Positions 35,722-45,504 are shown, counted from the first letter of the stretch. The stretch is DNA of 64,000 nucleotides from Azolla caroliniana (GCA_043228905.1 JBHGNT010000010.1:1736001-1800000), one strand, 5' to 3'. Notes: a model not told the origin generated them from the letters alone. A program made the numbers and translations.

Positions 35722-38637
35722 TCAGTCTTCCTCCAAATTATCAGGCAAACTCCGCTCCGAGGTTTCAAGTGTTGTTTTGCCTGTGCCGTCTCCGACGTCC
35801 GATTGGATTGGCTGCCTTTCCGCATCTTGCTGCTCCGACTCTGCTTCTACCGGTAGTACCGGTGTTTCTTCTGTATCCTGTCCGGGTCTGTCCTGCTCTA
35901 CCTCCGTTCCGTTCCCGGTTTCGCTCTCTCCGGTTTCCACTGGTTGTGTCCTTTCCTCCCCGGATTCGGTACTTCTCTGTCTCCACTCTGCATCACCCCC
36001 GGCATCAACCTGTTCTTGCTCCGGAAGTTCTTCCTCGGGTAATTCTTGTCGGGGTGCGTTGTCGGTTGGGTTCTCTTCAGCCGATCGCTCGCCCTCACTG
36101 ATGGAGATCGGCGTTGTGCGTCCCTCGGCTTCCTGTCGCAGTCGGTCCTTCTCGTACCCTTCCAATTCCAGTTGGGTTTCGAGCTGCCCGTCATCCAACC
36201 TCTCTACTAACCCTCGGATTTCCTTGAGATGCTCTTCTGCTAGGGCATAGAAATCCTCCGACAATTCTTCCCGGATGTTGACGATACTTTCTTCGTCCAT
36301 TTTATAGAACCCATCTCCGTTTTTCTTCCGATTTTCTGCATCAGCTCGGAGTATCTGCAGTTCAGCTGCCTGTTGTGCCCATTCCTTCCAGAGTTTCTCC
36401 GTGCTTTCATTTATGCTGGCCTGAGCTCGGGTACTCCAGCTTGACATGATGAACTTAATTCGGTCAACCCCTGCTTTAGCCTGTTCCGAGGCTGCTTGTT
36501 TTTCCTTCCTTATCCGTTTGATGATGTCGGCCATTAACTGAGCTTGAGCTTCAGAGTCGACTTTTTGCTTGTCACAGGTACTCCGCCATTTGTTGATTTC
36601 GAAAGTCGACTTCACTTTTTCCTCGTTCCAACTCTTTGTCAGCTCCCCTACTTTCTGCCGAAGTACTTCCATCTCTTTTCTTTGTTCCGACGTCAAGGTC
36701 TTCTCCACCGATACTTCTTCCCTTGCTTTGGACACTTCCAAGCGGTTTTCCTTGAGCTGCTCTTTCAGCTTTTCTATCTGTCGGTCGTACGTTGCTGCCT
36801 GATTCTTGATGTCCGACGTGGCCTGTTTATAATCCTTACATAGTCGGTCGAATTCCTCCGTCTTCTGTTTTAGGCGTCGGTTCGCCTGATCTCGCAACCG
36901 ATCATCCCGGTCCTTTTGTTGTCGGAGTTCCTCTCGCAACCGCTCAATTTCCTGCTCCATTCGTCGGCGCAGCCTATCTTTTTCCTTTTGCAGTGTCCCG
37001 TTTTCTTCTTGTAGTCGGTCATTGGTGGCTTTGCTTCGGCGAAGGCCTTCCTCCATTCGCCGTCTGTCGTCTTCTGCCAACTTCCGCTGTTCTCTTTCGT
37101 TATCTCTCAATGCCTCCTGAGCCTGTAATTCTTCTTTCAAAGTTTCTATTAACTTCTCGGTCTCAGGGCCGGTTTGCACGGCCTTCTCCGTTTCTGGTTC
37201 GGCTTGCTTTTCTGATGTCCCGACCGTCTCGGTGCCATCTTGTGCTTGTCGGCTGCCTTCTTTTGCCTGTGCTAGCTCTTCTTGCAGCTCATGTAATTGT
37301 GCCCGGAGCATGACCATATCTTTAGTCGTCGTCCTAGTTACTTGTTCTCTTTGCTCCTCCTCTTTCTCCATCTGGTCTGCTACTCCCGACAACTGCCCTG
37401 ACACCCACCTTAGCCATTGTGCCTTTGTTCTGCCTTCGTTGGTGTGAGCAGGCGTACCTAGCTCCGACTGTTTTTCCGGCTGTTTCTCCGGCCTCTTCTC
37501 CTGCTCCGGCGCTTGTTCCTTTCTTGGTTCTTCGAACTCCGCCGCCGTCGGTTCCGGTACTGCCGTCGTTGGTGCAGACGGACCCTCATCCTGTGTCGCT
37601 TCTGTTCCGGTTACTGGAGGCGGTTCTTTTGCCCGTTGCTGAGTTCCGTCCGCTGTTGGGGTCGGTCTTGTCGCTCGTTTCTCCTTCCCTTGCCTGGGTG
37701 GTAGTATTAACGTCGGTTCGGATGAGTCTTCCTCTGTTTCAGCGTCCTCCGTCGGTGCCACTATTGGTTCCTTTACTGGTACCGGTTCCGATTCGAGCGT
37801 TACTGGTTCGGTGTCGGTTTGCCTCTTGCTAGTCTTCTTTGCCAGCTTCTCTTTGCCTTTTTCCGCCTTTTTCTTCTTCATTGTCGGCTGCTGTTGCTGT
37901 TTCTGTGGCTGCCGTGATGGGCCTTCGTCCCGTTGCTGTCGGGATGAGTCTTCTTCCCGCGGTTGTCGAGCTGAGCCTTCTTTCCGCGGCTGTCGGGATG
38001 ATCCTTCTTCCCGCGGCGCTTCTTCTTCCTGTGTCCATCCTGGGGTGTGTTTCTCTAGTATTCGTCGGCGCTTCATGGTTTGCTTCGGGGTAGTCTCCTG
38101 CCGACTTCTTTGCTTGTGCTTGATGGGGGACACCGGTGGGACCAACACTGTTAACCATTGGGATATTCCGGACCATGGCTTCTTCCCTTCCACCAAGTGC
38201 TTGATCGCCTCTTTCAGTCCTTCGGTGATGAAGTGGAGCCAGTCCACCTGCAGGCCTTCGAATGTCGCGATGACGATCGCTGCTCGGTATTTGGCTATGG
38301 CTGCCGGACGAGGGTTCACGAACCCATACTCCATCAGGGCACGGGCCACCTCTCCGAACAGCAGGTCCTCTCCGCCCTGTGTGCGATACGCCTTGCTGCT
38401 GAGGGAATATTCGCCGAAATACTCGAAGAATATTTGGCTCGAGGGTAGCTCTATTGTTTGAAGTCCTCCCTCCGAAATCCCTGAAAGCGCTTGTACCGCT
38501 CCTTCAGTGACCTCTGCTAAGTCCACCGCTGTTGCCGCCTGCTCTGGTTCCTTGTGTGGTGGAGCGTCAGCGACCCGCAGCAGCCCTCCTAATCCGTTCT
38601 CCGTCAGCCATTGTCGCGCTCCGTCCGACAGTGCCAT
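35722..38637 (-). CDS. Gypsy-1 additional ORF2, ~971 aa: globular N-domain, basic disordered linker, long coiled coil, acidic tail
   Basis: Open frame of 1064 codons. The ATG at 38637 (MALSDG) is the first in-frame ATG after the TATA box. No signal peptide or transmembrane stretch seen. Confidence 0.85.
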   Translation of the reverse strand: MALSDGARQWLTENGLGGLLRVADAPPHKEPEQAATAVDLAEVTEGAVQALSGISEGGLQTIELPSSQIFFEYFGEYSLSSKAYRTQGGEDLLFGEVARALMEYGFVNPRPAAIAKYRAAIVIATFEGLQVDWLHFITEGLKEAIKHLVEGKKPWSGISQWLTVLVPPVSPIKHKQRSRQETTPKQTMKRRRILEKHTPGWTQEEEAPREEGSSRQPRKEGSARQPREEDSSRQQRDEGPSRQPQKQQQQPTMKKKKAEKGKEKLAKKTSKRQTDTEPVTLESEPVPVKEPIVAPTEDAETEEDSSEPTLILPPRQGKEKRATRPTPTADGTQQRAKEPPPVTGTEATQDEGPSAPTTAVPEPTAAEFEEPRKEQAPEQEKRPEKQPEKQSELGTPAHTNEGRTKAQWLRWVSGQLSGVADQMEKEEEQREQVTRTTTKDMVMLRAQLHELQEELAQAKEGSRQAQDGTETVGTSEKQAEPETEKAVQTGPETEKLIETLKEELQAQEALRDNEREQRKLAEDDRRRMEEGLRRSKATNDRLQEENGTLQKEKDRLRRRMEQEIERLREELRQQKDRDDRLRDQANRRLKQKTEEFDRLCKDYKQATSDIKNQAATYDRQIEKLKEQLKENRLEVSKAREEVSVEKTLTSEQRKEMEVLRQKVGELTKSWNEEKVKSTFEINKWRSTCDKQKVDSEAQAQLMADIIKRIRKEKQAASEQAKAGVDRIKFIMSSWSTRAQASINESTEKLWKEWAQQAAELQILRADAENRKKNGDGFYKMDEESIVNIREELSEDFYALAEEHLKEIRGLVERLDDGQLETQLELEGYEKDRLRQEAEGRTTPISISEGERSAEENPTDNAPRQELPEEELPEQEQVDAGGDAEWRQRSTESGEERTQPVETGESETGNGTEVEQDRPGQDTEETPVLPVEAESEQQDAERQPIQSDVGDGTGKTTLETSERSLPDNLEED

Positions 38638-38772
38638 CGCTTCTTCTTCGTTTGCTGCTGCCTGTGGTCTGAGGTCGGGGTGTAGGTGTTCTGCGCGTCG
38701 GATCTTGCTGTCTTGAGCTTGCGTTTGCTTGTGGGAAAATTCGTAAAAAGTGAACCCTTCCCCGGTTCTTCC

Positions 38773-39060
38773 TTTATATAGTGGCGTTTCCCGCGGGCCG
38801 CCTTTTCCTGTTTTTCGCGCGTCCCCTGCCATAATTAGGATGTCACTCTTTATTTTTTGACGGCTGCACGTTTCTGCCATAATTAGCATGTCACTTTTTA
38901 ATTTTGACGGCTGCACGTGTTCTGCCTAATTTTGGCGCCTGCGCATGCTGTGTCATGTATAGTATGTCTGTCCTTTGCTGCCGCGTGTCATGCTTGCGTT
39001 TCTTTGCCGCGTGTGTCGAATCTCCTACGTGTCTGTCATTATGACTCCTTGATTGCCGCA
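38773..39060 (-). promoter_or_regulatory. Putative internal promoter of ORF2: TATA box, four E2F sites and a 48-bp duplicated element
   Basis: TATATAAA (minus) 38780-38773; TTTCCCGC 38787; TTTCGCGC 38813; TTTGGCGC 38931; TTTGCCGC 39003; 48-bp tandem 38826-38930 with TGACG and CACGT. Confidence 0.7.
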
Positions 39061-39211
39061 CGTATTAAGTCCTGTACCTCGGCGCCCCCACGTTCTGTGC
39101 TTTAAATAGCTCGTGCCTCCGTGTGACGGTTGTAACTACCTCCTTCATCATTACCATGATTTTCTTGATCTTCTTGTCTTGAATTCTCTTGACCGTAACA
39201 CCACGTCATCA

Positions 39212-39222
39212 TTTTTTCTTTT

Positions 39223-39275
<53 letters not shown>
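39212..39275 (-). repeat. Poly(A) tract in element sense (A51 plus GA5GA6) directly after the gag-pol stop
   Basis: Pure T run 39225-39275 on the + strand. Confidence 0.9.
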
Positions 39276-39277
<2 letters not shown>

Positions 39278-39288
39278 CATAAGCCGCA

Positions 39289-42200
39289 TCATTGTTCGGT
39301 TTCCCCCGATGTGTTCGGGTCGGTGCGCACTGTTGTCGGTTCCTCGTCGTTGTTACGCGTTGGTGTCGGTTCCTCGCCATTCGGGTTTTCCGGGTCTTGC
39401 TTGAAGGGGTTAGCTGGCATGTGCCCCTTATACGGTTTTAGGCGAAACCCATTTGCCCATTTGCCCACAACTTCTCCTGACAACGTCCCGAGCTGGTAAG
39501 ACCCATTGTACTCCTTTGTGATCCAGAATGGTCCGGTCCACCGAAATCGCAATTTCCCTGGCATGCTCCCCATCCTTGTCTGGAACAATAATACAGGTTT
39601 CCCGACCCCGAATTCCTTTTCGTTACCGCGCCGGTGTCGGTCTACAAAGGCTTTCCTCCTCCTTTGCTCTAGTTCTAGCTGTAGTAGGCTGGCTATTCGA
39701 TTTTCTTCCAGTTCTAACAGCATCTTCAGCCGGATTCGTTCGGATTCCTTCTCGCTTAACCGCTCCTTAACCTGTATTCTTAAGCTAGGAATTTGGAATT
39801 CTACTGGCATGACTGCTTCCAAGCCGAATGCCAGTCGGAACGGGGTCGTCCGGATGCTAGTCTTGTACGCCGTTCGGTACGCCCACAGTACGCTCTGCAA
39901 CTTCGTGTCCCAGTCGGTCCGGTTCTCATTGACGATTTTTCTAAGGATGTTCTGTAGCGTTTTATTCGTTGATTCCGCTAATCCGTTGGCTTGAGGGTAG
40001 TAGGGAGTGCTTCGTTTGTGTACTACCGCATAGAATGATGTCAAACTTTCCACCACCTGCCCGAGAAAATGTCCTCCCTGGTCACTGATCAGCTCAATCG
40101 GGCATCCGTACCGACACCATATGCATTCATATAAAAATTTGGCCGTGGACGCCGCCGTGTTGTCCCGTAGTGCCTTTGCTTCTACCCATTTGGTGCAGTA
40201 GTCGGTAGCCACTATTATATACCGATTTCTGGTCCGCATTGCCGGTGGCTTAAAGGGGCCGACAAAGTCTAAGCCCCACTTTTGGAATGGTTCTAATGGC
40301 AAGACCGGGTGATGTGGCATCCGGGCCTGCTCCGTGGGTTGGCCCAGTCGTTGACACAGGTCGCATTCCCTGCTATACTTAACGGCATCTCTCATGGTAG
40401 TCGGCCACCATAGTCCGCTCTGCCATATCTTCCGGGCTGTTGTTTCGCCGGCATAATGCCCGCCTGCAATTCCACAGTGGGCTTCCCTCAGGATCAGATC
40501 CTTTTCATCGCTCCGCACTGCTCGCCTCCATACGCCATCTGCCCCCTTGTGATAGAGGGTGTCTCCTACCAAGCAAAAATGTCTGCTCCGTACTGCCATC
40601 CTCTTCCGTTCGTCTCGGTCCAGGTTTTCCGGGGGAACTCCGGTGCTCAGGAACTGATGCATTTCGGTTAACCATTTGTCTTCGTCCGCTACTGTGGTCT
40701 CCGTTGCCGGTGTCGTCGTGACCTTAAACAGCTCGGCGTCGGGAAATTCGTCCTGCACGCCGTCCCCTGATTCTCCGGATTCTAGTCTGCTCAGGTAGTC
40801 TGCTACCGCATGCTGCACCCCGGGTCGGTGGAAAATGTCGAATTCGAATTCCTGTAATAGCAGCGTCCACCGTGCGAGTTTTCCTGTCAGGGCTGCCTTT
40901 GAGACCAGGTACAGTAGTGCCGAGTGGTCAACGTGGAAGGAGAACTTTCGTCCGAGCAGATAGTGCCTGTACTTTGTGACGCTGTACACCATTCCTAATG
41001 CCTCTCGTTCCGTTGTAGAGTAGTTCCGTTCGGCTTTCGAGAGTTTCCTGCTTGCGTAGTACACCGGCCGATACCATTTCGGTTCCGTGAGTTGCATCAA
41101 AACGCTGCCGATTGCTACGTCCGACGCGTCGACGAAGACGTGAAAGCTTTTACTCCAGTCCGGCGGCTGCACCACCGGAGCTTGTGACAGCATGACCTTC
41201 AATGCTTGGTAGGCTGCCTCCTCCGTTTCTGTCCATTGGAAAGGTACTCTATGTACAGCAGCATGCAATGGTGTTGCAAAGTCGGCAAGGTGCCGTATCA
41301 TCCGACTATGCCACCTTATTTGACCAAGGAATCGGCTTAAAGCTTTTGCGCTATTCGGTGCCGGTGCGTCGAGAATTGCTTTTACCTTATCCGGATCTAC
41401 CGCGATTCCTTCTCGACTCACCACGTGGCCTAACAAATTGCCGCTTGCGACTCCAAAGACGCACTTAGCCGGGTTCAGACTTAATCGGTACTCGCGGCAC
41501 TTTTCTAAGCATAGTCGTAGGTGATCGAGATGCTCTCCGTGTCGGCTGTAGACGGCGAAATCGTCTAGGAAGACCTGCATAAAACCGGGAATAAAATCCC
41601 CGAAGATTTCCATAATTATCCTTTGAAATGTTGCAGGGGCTGTCTTTAATCCGAACATCATCACGACGGCGACGAACACTCCCCATTCCGTCACGAACGC
41701 TGTTTTCTCTTGGTCGGCCGGGTTCATTCGGATTTGGTTGTAGCCGCTGAATCCGTCCAGGAAGCTGTAAACTTCGTGGCCGGCCACCGCATCTAGCACT
41801 CCGTCCGTGAATGGTAGTGGAAAAGCGTCGGTCACTGTCGCGGCATTTAGTTTCCTGTAGTCCACACATACCCGGATTTTACCGTTCTTTTTCGGGACCA
41901 CCACTATCGGGCTTAGCCAGGTTGCCTGCTTGACTGGTCGGATAAATCCGACCCGGAGAAGCTTGTCAATTTCCTCCTTCACCTTTGCCGCATAGTTTGG
42001 ATTCATCCGGTACCGACGTTGAGTGATGGGTTTCGCGTCAGTACTTAGATGAATTTGGTGCTGGTAGAGCTGGGGGTCCAACCCTCGCATGTCTTCGTAT
42101 GACCATGCGAACACGTCCTTGAAATCCGTTAACAGTGCTACCATTGCCTGTTTTTCCTCCTTCGGCAATTCCTTCGCGACTTTTACCGATCGGGGTTGTT

Positions 42201-45081
42201 CTGTTGTGCCGAGGTCCACCTCTTCCAGCTGAGATGCTTTCACCCTTTGGGATATCGTCATTTCTCTTTCTAGGGCTTCCTGTGCTTGGCGTAGTTCCCG
42301 GATCGCCACTTTGTCCGGCTCGTCCGGCATTGTGATGTACGGTTCTACTGCTGCCGTGATATCCACCTCAAAAAGTGGGACGATCTGTGGGTGTTCCTCG
42401 AGGTACCGATCAACTTCCTCATCCGGTAAGCCCTGCAACATGTTGATGCTTTCGGCATATAAAGGGGTTGCCTCCTTGCTAGTGAGCACCCGTGGTTGCG
42501 TGGCTACCCGTACCTTTGTTTTCCCTCGTCGGAACGTGATCATATTCTTTTGCCAGTTTTGCTTGATATGCGCCGTTCGCAGCCATGGTCGTCCTAACAG
42601 TAGGGGATATGCGCCTTGTACATTCAGCTCTAGTACCACGGCCGATATTCGGAATACGTGGCCTCCTATTGTCACTTCCAAGTCCCGGATAAGACCAGTT
42701 GGTCGGACTGAGCTTGTATCCGCCATGCGTAACCAGAAGGGGCATGGTTCCCACTCCTGGATGCCTAGGTCGTCGCATGTTTGTAGACTAATGACGTTCA
42801 CCCCGGAGCCTCCGTCAATAATTGTTCCTGGGATCTCCTTTCCTTTGACGATTGTCGTGATTGCTGGGCTACTGGTATCAACCACCGCTGGGCCTTCCTC
42901 TGGGTTGGAGAAAAATGCCGGTGCCGGCATCGGCGTCGGTTTGCTCACGGCGGCTTGTAAGTCTGCTGTAAACCGCGGCACCAACTGCAGTAACCGTGCC
43001 AACGGCAGCACGATCTGACAATCTTGTAGTGCTTGCCATGTCGGGTTTTCTCCTGGCTGTACGATTTCCTCCTCCCTTGGCATCTTTTGGTTTCTTACTT
43101 CCGCCGCACCTTGTTCGTTGGCTTCTTTGATCCATTGTGCCGCTTGTTTTCTGATTGCTTCCTGGGCTTCCCATTCGGCGGCCTTCCCCTTCGACCGCGT
43201 GGTAACCTGCTGTACTTCAGCTGTCACCATGTTGACTGTTGGCTGCTTGTCGGCTGTTTTGCTTGGGCATTGATTACTGTAATGCCCTTCTTTTCGGCAG
43301 TAATAACAGTACACCCTGTGCGTGTTGCTGGATTCTCCTTTTTCCCATGTTTGGGGAAGGGGCATTCCCCGGCTGTTGTCCTCGGTTTTTCGGTTCTCCG
43401 GTGCCGCTACTGGTTTGTCATTCCTCGTTGCCTCCCGACGCTCCTCTCTACGGAAGAATCCACGCCTTTGGTTCCGTCGGAAATTCCGGTTCCCTGGCCG
43501 CCTTTCTTCTCTGCGTCGCTCGTATTCCGGGGATTCGTCTCGGTCGTACCGGTCCCGGGGGTAGCTATCCCTTCGGTTCTCCTCTCGGTCGTACCGGTCC
43601 CGGGGGTAGCTATCCCTTCGGTTCTCCTCTCGGTCGTAGCTGTCGCGTCTTCTATCGGGGTATCTGTCGCCGCGTTCTCGTCGGTAGCGGTCGTCCCTCC
43701 GGAATCGATCCTCTTCCGGGTCCCGATTGCGCGGTTCTATGTGTCGGACCGGTGCCGCTTGTCGAGTTAACAGATTATACTCGCATTGGTTCGTTGTGTG
43801 GGCGCGAGAATTGCATATCATACACTGTGCGCGCAGGGTGCAGTCAACGGTCGAGTGCCCTGAATTTAGGCATGTTGTGCATTGTAGGGCTTGTCGGAAC
43901 CGGAGGTCCTCCTCCTTCGGAAGCGCCTGGTGTAACGCCCCCATCGGCAAGAAGGGGCTCGTGGTGTCCATTTCCAGGACCCGATCAATGACTTGGTCCA
44001 TTGTGCTGGTGCTGAAATCGATGATTCCACACATCGCTCGAAGTGGGTCTTTTAATGCAGCCAAAAAGACTGCCTTGGCCTCCTCTTCGGGTGGTGCTCT
44101 TGCTAATTGACTGTGCAAGGTCTGGAAACGAATGATAAATTGTGGGACCGTCTCGTTTTCTCCCTGCCGAGTGGTGTAGAATTGTCCGACCAATTCCCTT
44201 TGTTCCACTCGTCTATGAAACAAGCGTAAAAACTGGGTTTTCAATGCCTCGAACGTGGCGAAGCTGCCTGGTAAGTGCTTGTCGTGCCACCGGGCCGCCG
44301 GTCCTTCTAATGTCATGCCGAATTCGGCGACTTTGGATCGGTCGGCCTCGGCCTCCGTCAGTCTCTGGGACACGTGGTTGGCTTCCCATGTTCGCAGGAA
44401 TGCATACACATGTGCCTCTCCGTCGGGCTCATCCCGATACTTTGGGTACGGATACGGCATCGTGTCGTCCCACTGATTCTCCTGCGCTGGTTCCTCCGAT
44501 GTCGGTCTCCGCTCGTGCGGTTCCTCCGCAGGTGGTGTTGGTATCCGCTCCTGCGGTTCCTCTGCGGGTGGTGTTGGTATCCGCTCCTGCGGTTCCTCCG
44601 CGGGTGGTGTTGATATCCGCTCCTGCGGTTCCTCCGCGGGTGGTGTTGATAACCGCTCCTCCCTCCTCGGCGATTGCCGGTCACCGAACTCCCGAGTTAG
44701 TTCTTCCTCTGGCTCCGATGTGGCTGAGTGATCCGACTCAAAGGGGTTGTTCCCGTGGCTGCTTTTAGAGCGGGATCCCACGCTTTCCCCGCTATCCGAA
44801 TCCGCCTCTAATGTTGCAAATGCCGCTGCGTCCCCGTCGCCGCCAGCGAGAGTCTGTAGTAGTGTCTCCGCTTCTTGGAGGCTGGTTATGCTACTGCCTT
44901 CGTCGGAAGCTTGTAGAACCTGGAACTGCAGTGCGTTTTCTGCGATTTGCCGAAGCGTTGTTGAGAATGACCGATCGCTCCGGATCTCGTCGACGGCTTG
45001 CTGCAGGGCTTCCCGTCGTCGCTGCCGTTCGGCGTGGCGTCTCCCTCTTTCGGTGATGTGGTCGTTATTTTGTCTAGACAT
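39289..45081 (-). CDS. Gypsy-1 gag-pol polyprotein, single frame, ~1930 aa
   Basis: Capsid; three CCHC knuckles; protease IIDGGSGVN; RT (LDGFSGYNQI, VFLDDF); RNase H (VDASD..ERNYSTTERE); integrase (HHCC, WGLDFVG, SDQG, QANG.AE, GPF). No chromodomain. Confidence 0.97.
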   Translation of the reverse strand: MSRQNNDHITERGRRHAERQRRREALQQAVDEIRSDRSFSTTLRQIAENALQFQVLQASDEGSSITSLQEAETLLQTLAGGDGDAAAFATLEADSDSGESVGSRSKSSHGNNPFESDHSATSEPEEELTREFGDRQSPRREERLSTPPAEEPQERISTPPAEEPQERIPTPPAEEPQERIPTPPAEEPHERRPTSEEPAQENQWDDTMPYPYPKYRDEPDGEAHVYAFLRTWEANHVSQRLTEAEADRSKVAEFGMTLEGPAARWHDKHLPGSFATFEALKTQFLRLFHRRVEQRELVGQFYTTRQGENETVPQFIIRFQTLHSQLARAPPEEEAKAVFLAALKDPLRAMCGIIDFSTSTMDQVIDRVLEMDTTSPFLPMGALHQALPKEEDLRFRQALQCTTCLNSGHSTVDCTLRAQCMICNSRAHTTNQCEYNLLTRQAAPVRHIEPRNRDPEEDRFRRDDRYRRERGDRYPDRRRDSYDREENRRDSYPRDRYDREENRRDSYPRDRYDRDESPEYERRREERRPGNRNFRRNQRRGFFRREERREATRNDKPVAAPENRKTEDNSRGMPLPQTWEKGESSNTHRVYCYYCRKEGHYSNQCPSKTADKQPTVNMVTAEVQQVTTRSKGKAAEWEAQEAIRKQAAQWIKEANEQGAAEVRNQKMPREEEIVQPGENPTWQALQDCQIVLPLARLLQLVPRFTADLQAAVSKPTPMPAPAFFSNPEEGPAVVDTSSPAITTIVKGKEIPGTIIDGGSGVNVISLQTCDDLGIQEWEPCPFWLRMADTSSVRPTGLIRDLEVTIGGHVFRISAVVLELNVQGAYPLLLGRPWLRTAHIKQNWQKNMITFRRGKTKVRVATQPRVLTSKEATPLYAESINMLQGLPDEEVDRYLEEHPQIVPLFEVDITAAVEPYITMPDEPDKVAIRELRQAQEALEREMTISQRVKASQLEEVDLGTTEQPRSVKVAKELPKEEKQAMVALLTDFKDVFAWSYEDMRGLDPQLYQHQIHLSTDAKPITQRRYRMNPNYAAKVKEEIDKLLRVGFIRPVKQATWLSPIVVVPKKNGKIRVCVDYRKLNAATVTDAFPLPFTDGVLDAVAGHEVYSFLDGFSGYNQIRMNPADQEKTAFVTEWGVFVAVVMMFGLKTAPATFQRIIMEIFGDFIPGFMQVFLDDFAVYSRHGEHLDHLRLCLEKCREYRLSLNPAKCVFGVASGNLLGHVVSREGIAVDPDKVKAILDAPAPNSAKALSRFLGQIRWHSRMIRHLADFATPLHAAVHRVPFQWTETEEAAYQALKVMLSQAPVVQPPDWSKSFHVFVDASDVAIGSVLMQLTEPKWYRPVYYASRKLSKAERNYSTTEREALGMVYSVTKYRHYLLGRKFSFHVDHSALLYLVSKAALTGKLARWTLLLQEFEFDIFHRPGVQHAVADYLSRLESGESGDGVQDEFPDAELFKVTTTPATETTVADEDKWLTEMHQFLSTGVPPENLDRDERKRMAVRSRHFCLVGDTLYHKGADGVWRRAVRSDEKDLILREAHCGIAGGHYAGETTARKIWQSGLWWPTTMRDAVKYSRECDLCQRLGQPTEQARMPHHPVLPLEPFQKWGLDFVGPFKPPAMRTRNRYIIVATDYCTKWVEAKALRDNTAASTAKFLYECIWCRYGCPIELISDQGGHFLGQVVESLTSFYAVVHKRSTPYYPQANGLAESTNKTLQNILRKIVNENRTDWDTKLQSVLWAYRTAYKTSIRTTPFRLAFGLEAVMPVEFQIPSLRIQVKERLSEKESERIRLKMLLELEENRIASLLQLELEQRRRKAFVDRHRRGNEKEFGVGKPVLLFQTRMGSMPGKLRFRWTGPFWITKEYNGSYQLGTLSGEVVGKWANGFRLKPYKGHMPANPFKQDPENPNGEEPTPTRNNDEEPTTVRTDPNTSGETEQ

Positions 45082-45133
45082 CCATCCCCCGGTTGTCCTC
45101 TGCACTCTGCAGGAATCGTGGTCGCCAAAATAG

Positions 45134-45504
45134 TGTTGTATGTATGGCTGGACTAGCCACAACACAGGTGTCTATCCGACACTTCTCCAAAGGGGTGGTA
45201 GGGATAGGATGTTAATACACGCGTATGATAATTACACTTAAGCACAGACGAAGACAAGATTAATCAGCATAAGCAAAACTATATTAATTCTTCGCGCTTT
45301 CATTACAAAACATCGGATCCTTTTATAGGCATCCGGCCAGATTACAATCGGTGCTCGGCAGGCAACCGTTAACCGAAACCGAATCGGTTCGGATCCGGAT
45401 CGGTTACAACTACCGGATCCGTCCCTCCTAATAATTCTATTCCTATTTCTATATTTATCCGATCCGACCTTGCTTTCCCATTTGCCTTCTCTGACCGGCC
45501 AACA
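45134..45504 (-). repeat. Gypsy-1 5' LTR
   Basis: Followed on the minus strand by a 6-nt spacer and the PBS; TATAAAAG inside. Confidence 0.97.

Larger units (their letters stand above)
35301..45504 (-). mobile_element. Intact, very young non-chromovirus Ty3/Gypsy element with an additional ORF (Gypsy-1)
   Basis: 371-bp LTRs with no difference found; perfect TSD TCCTT; PBS TGGCGACCAC (45127-45118, probably tRNA-Arg); two uninterrupted long ORFs. Confidence 0.97.

Noticed and set aside
38638-38916. 93-codon N-terminal extension of ORF2 in the ORF track
   Set aside because: It runs through the TATA box, E2F sites and 48-bp repeat, so it is more likely promoter than coding.
39102-39404. Poly-Lys and poly-Phe ORFs
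   Set aside because: Artefacts of the A/T homopolymer.
35637-45133. Many 100-250 aa plus-strand ORFs over Gypsy-1
   Set aside because: Antisense shadows of GC-rich coding sequence with no domain motifs.
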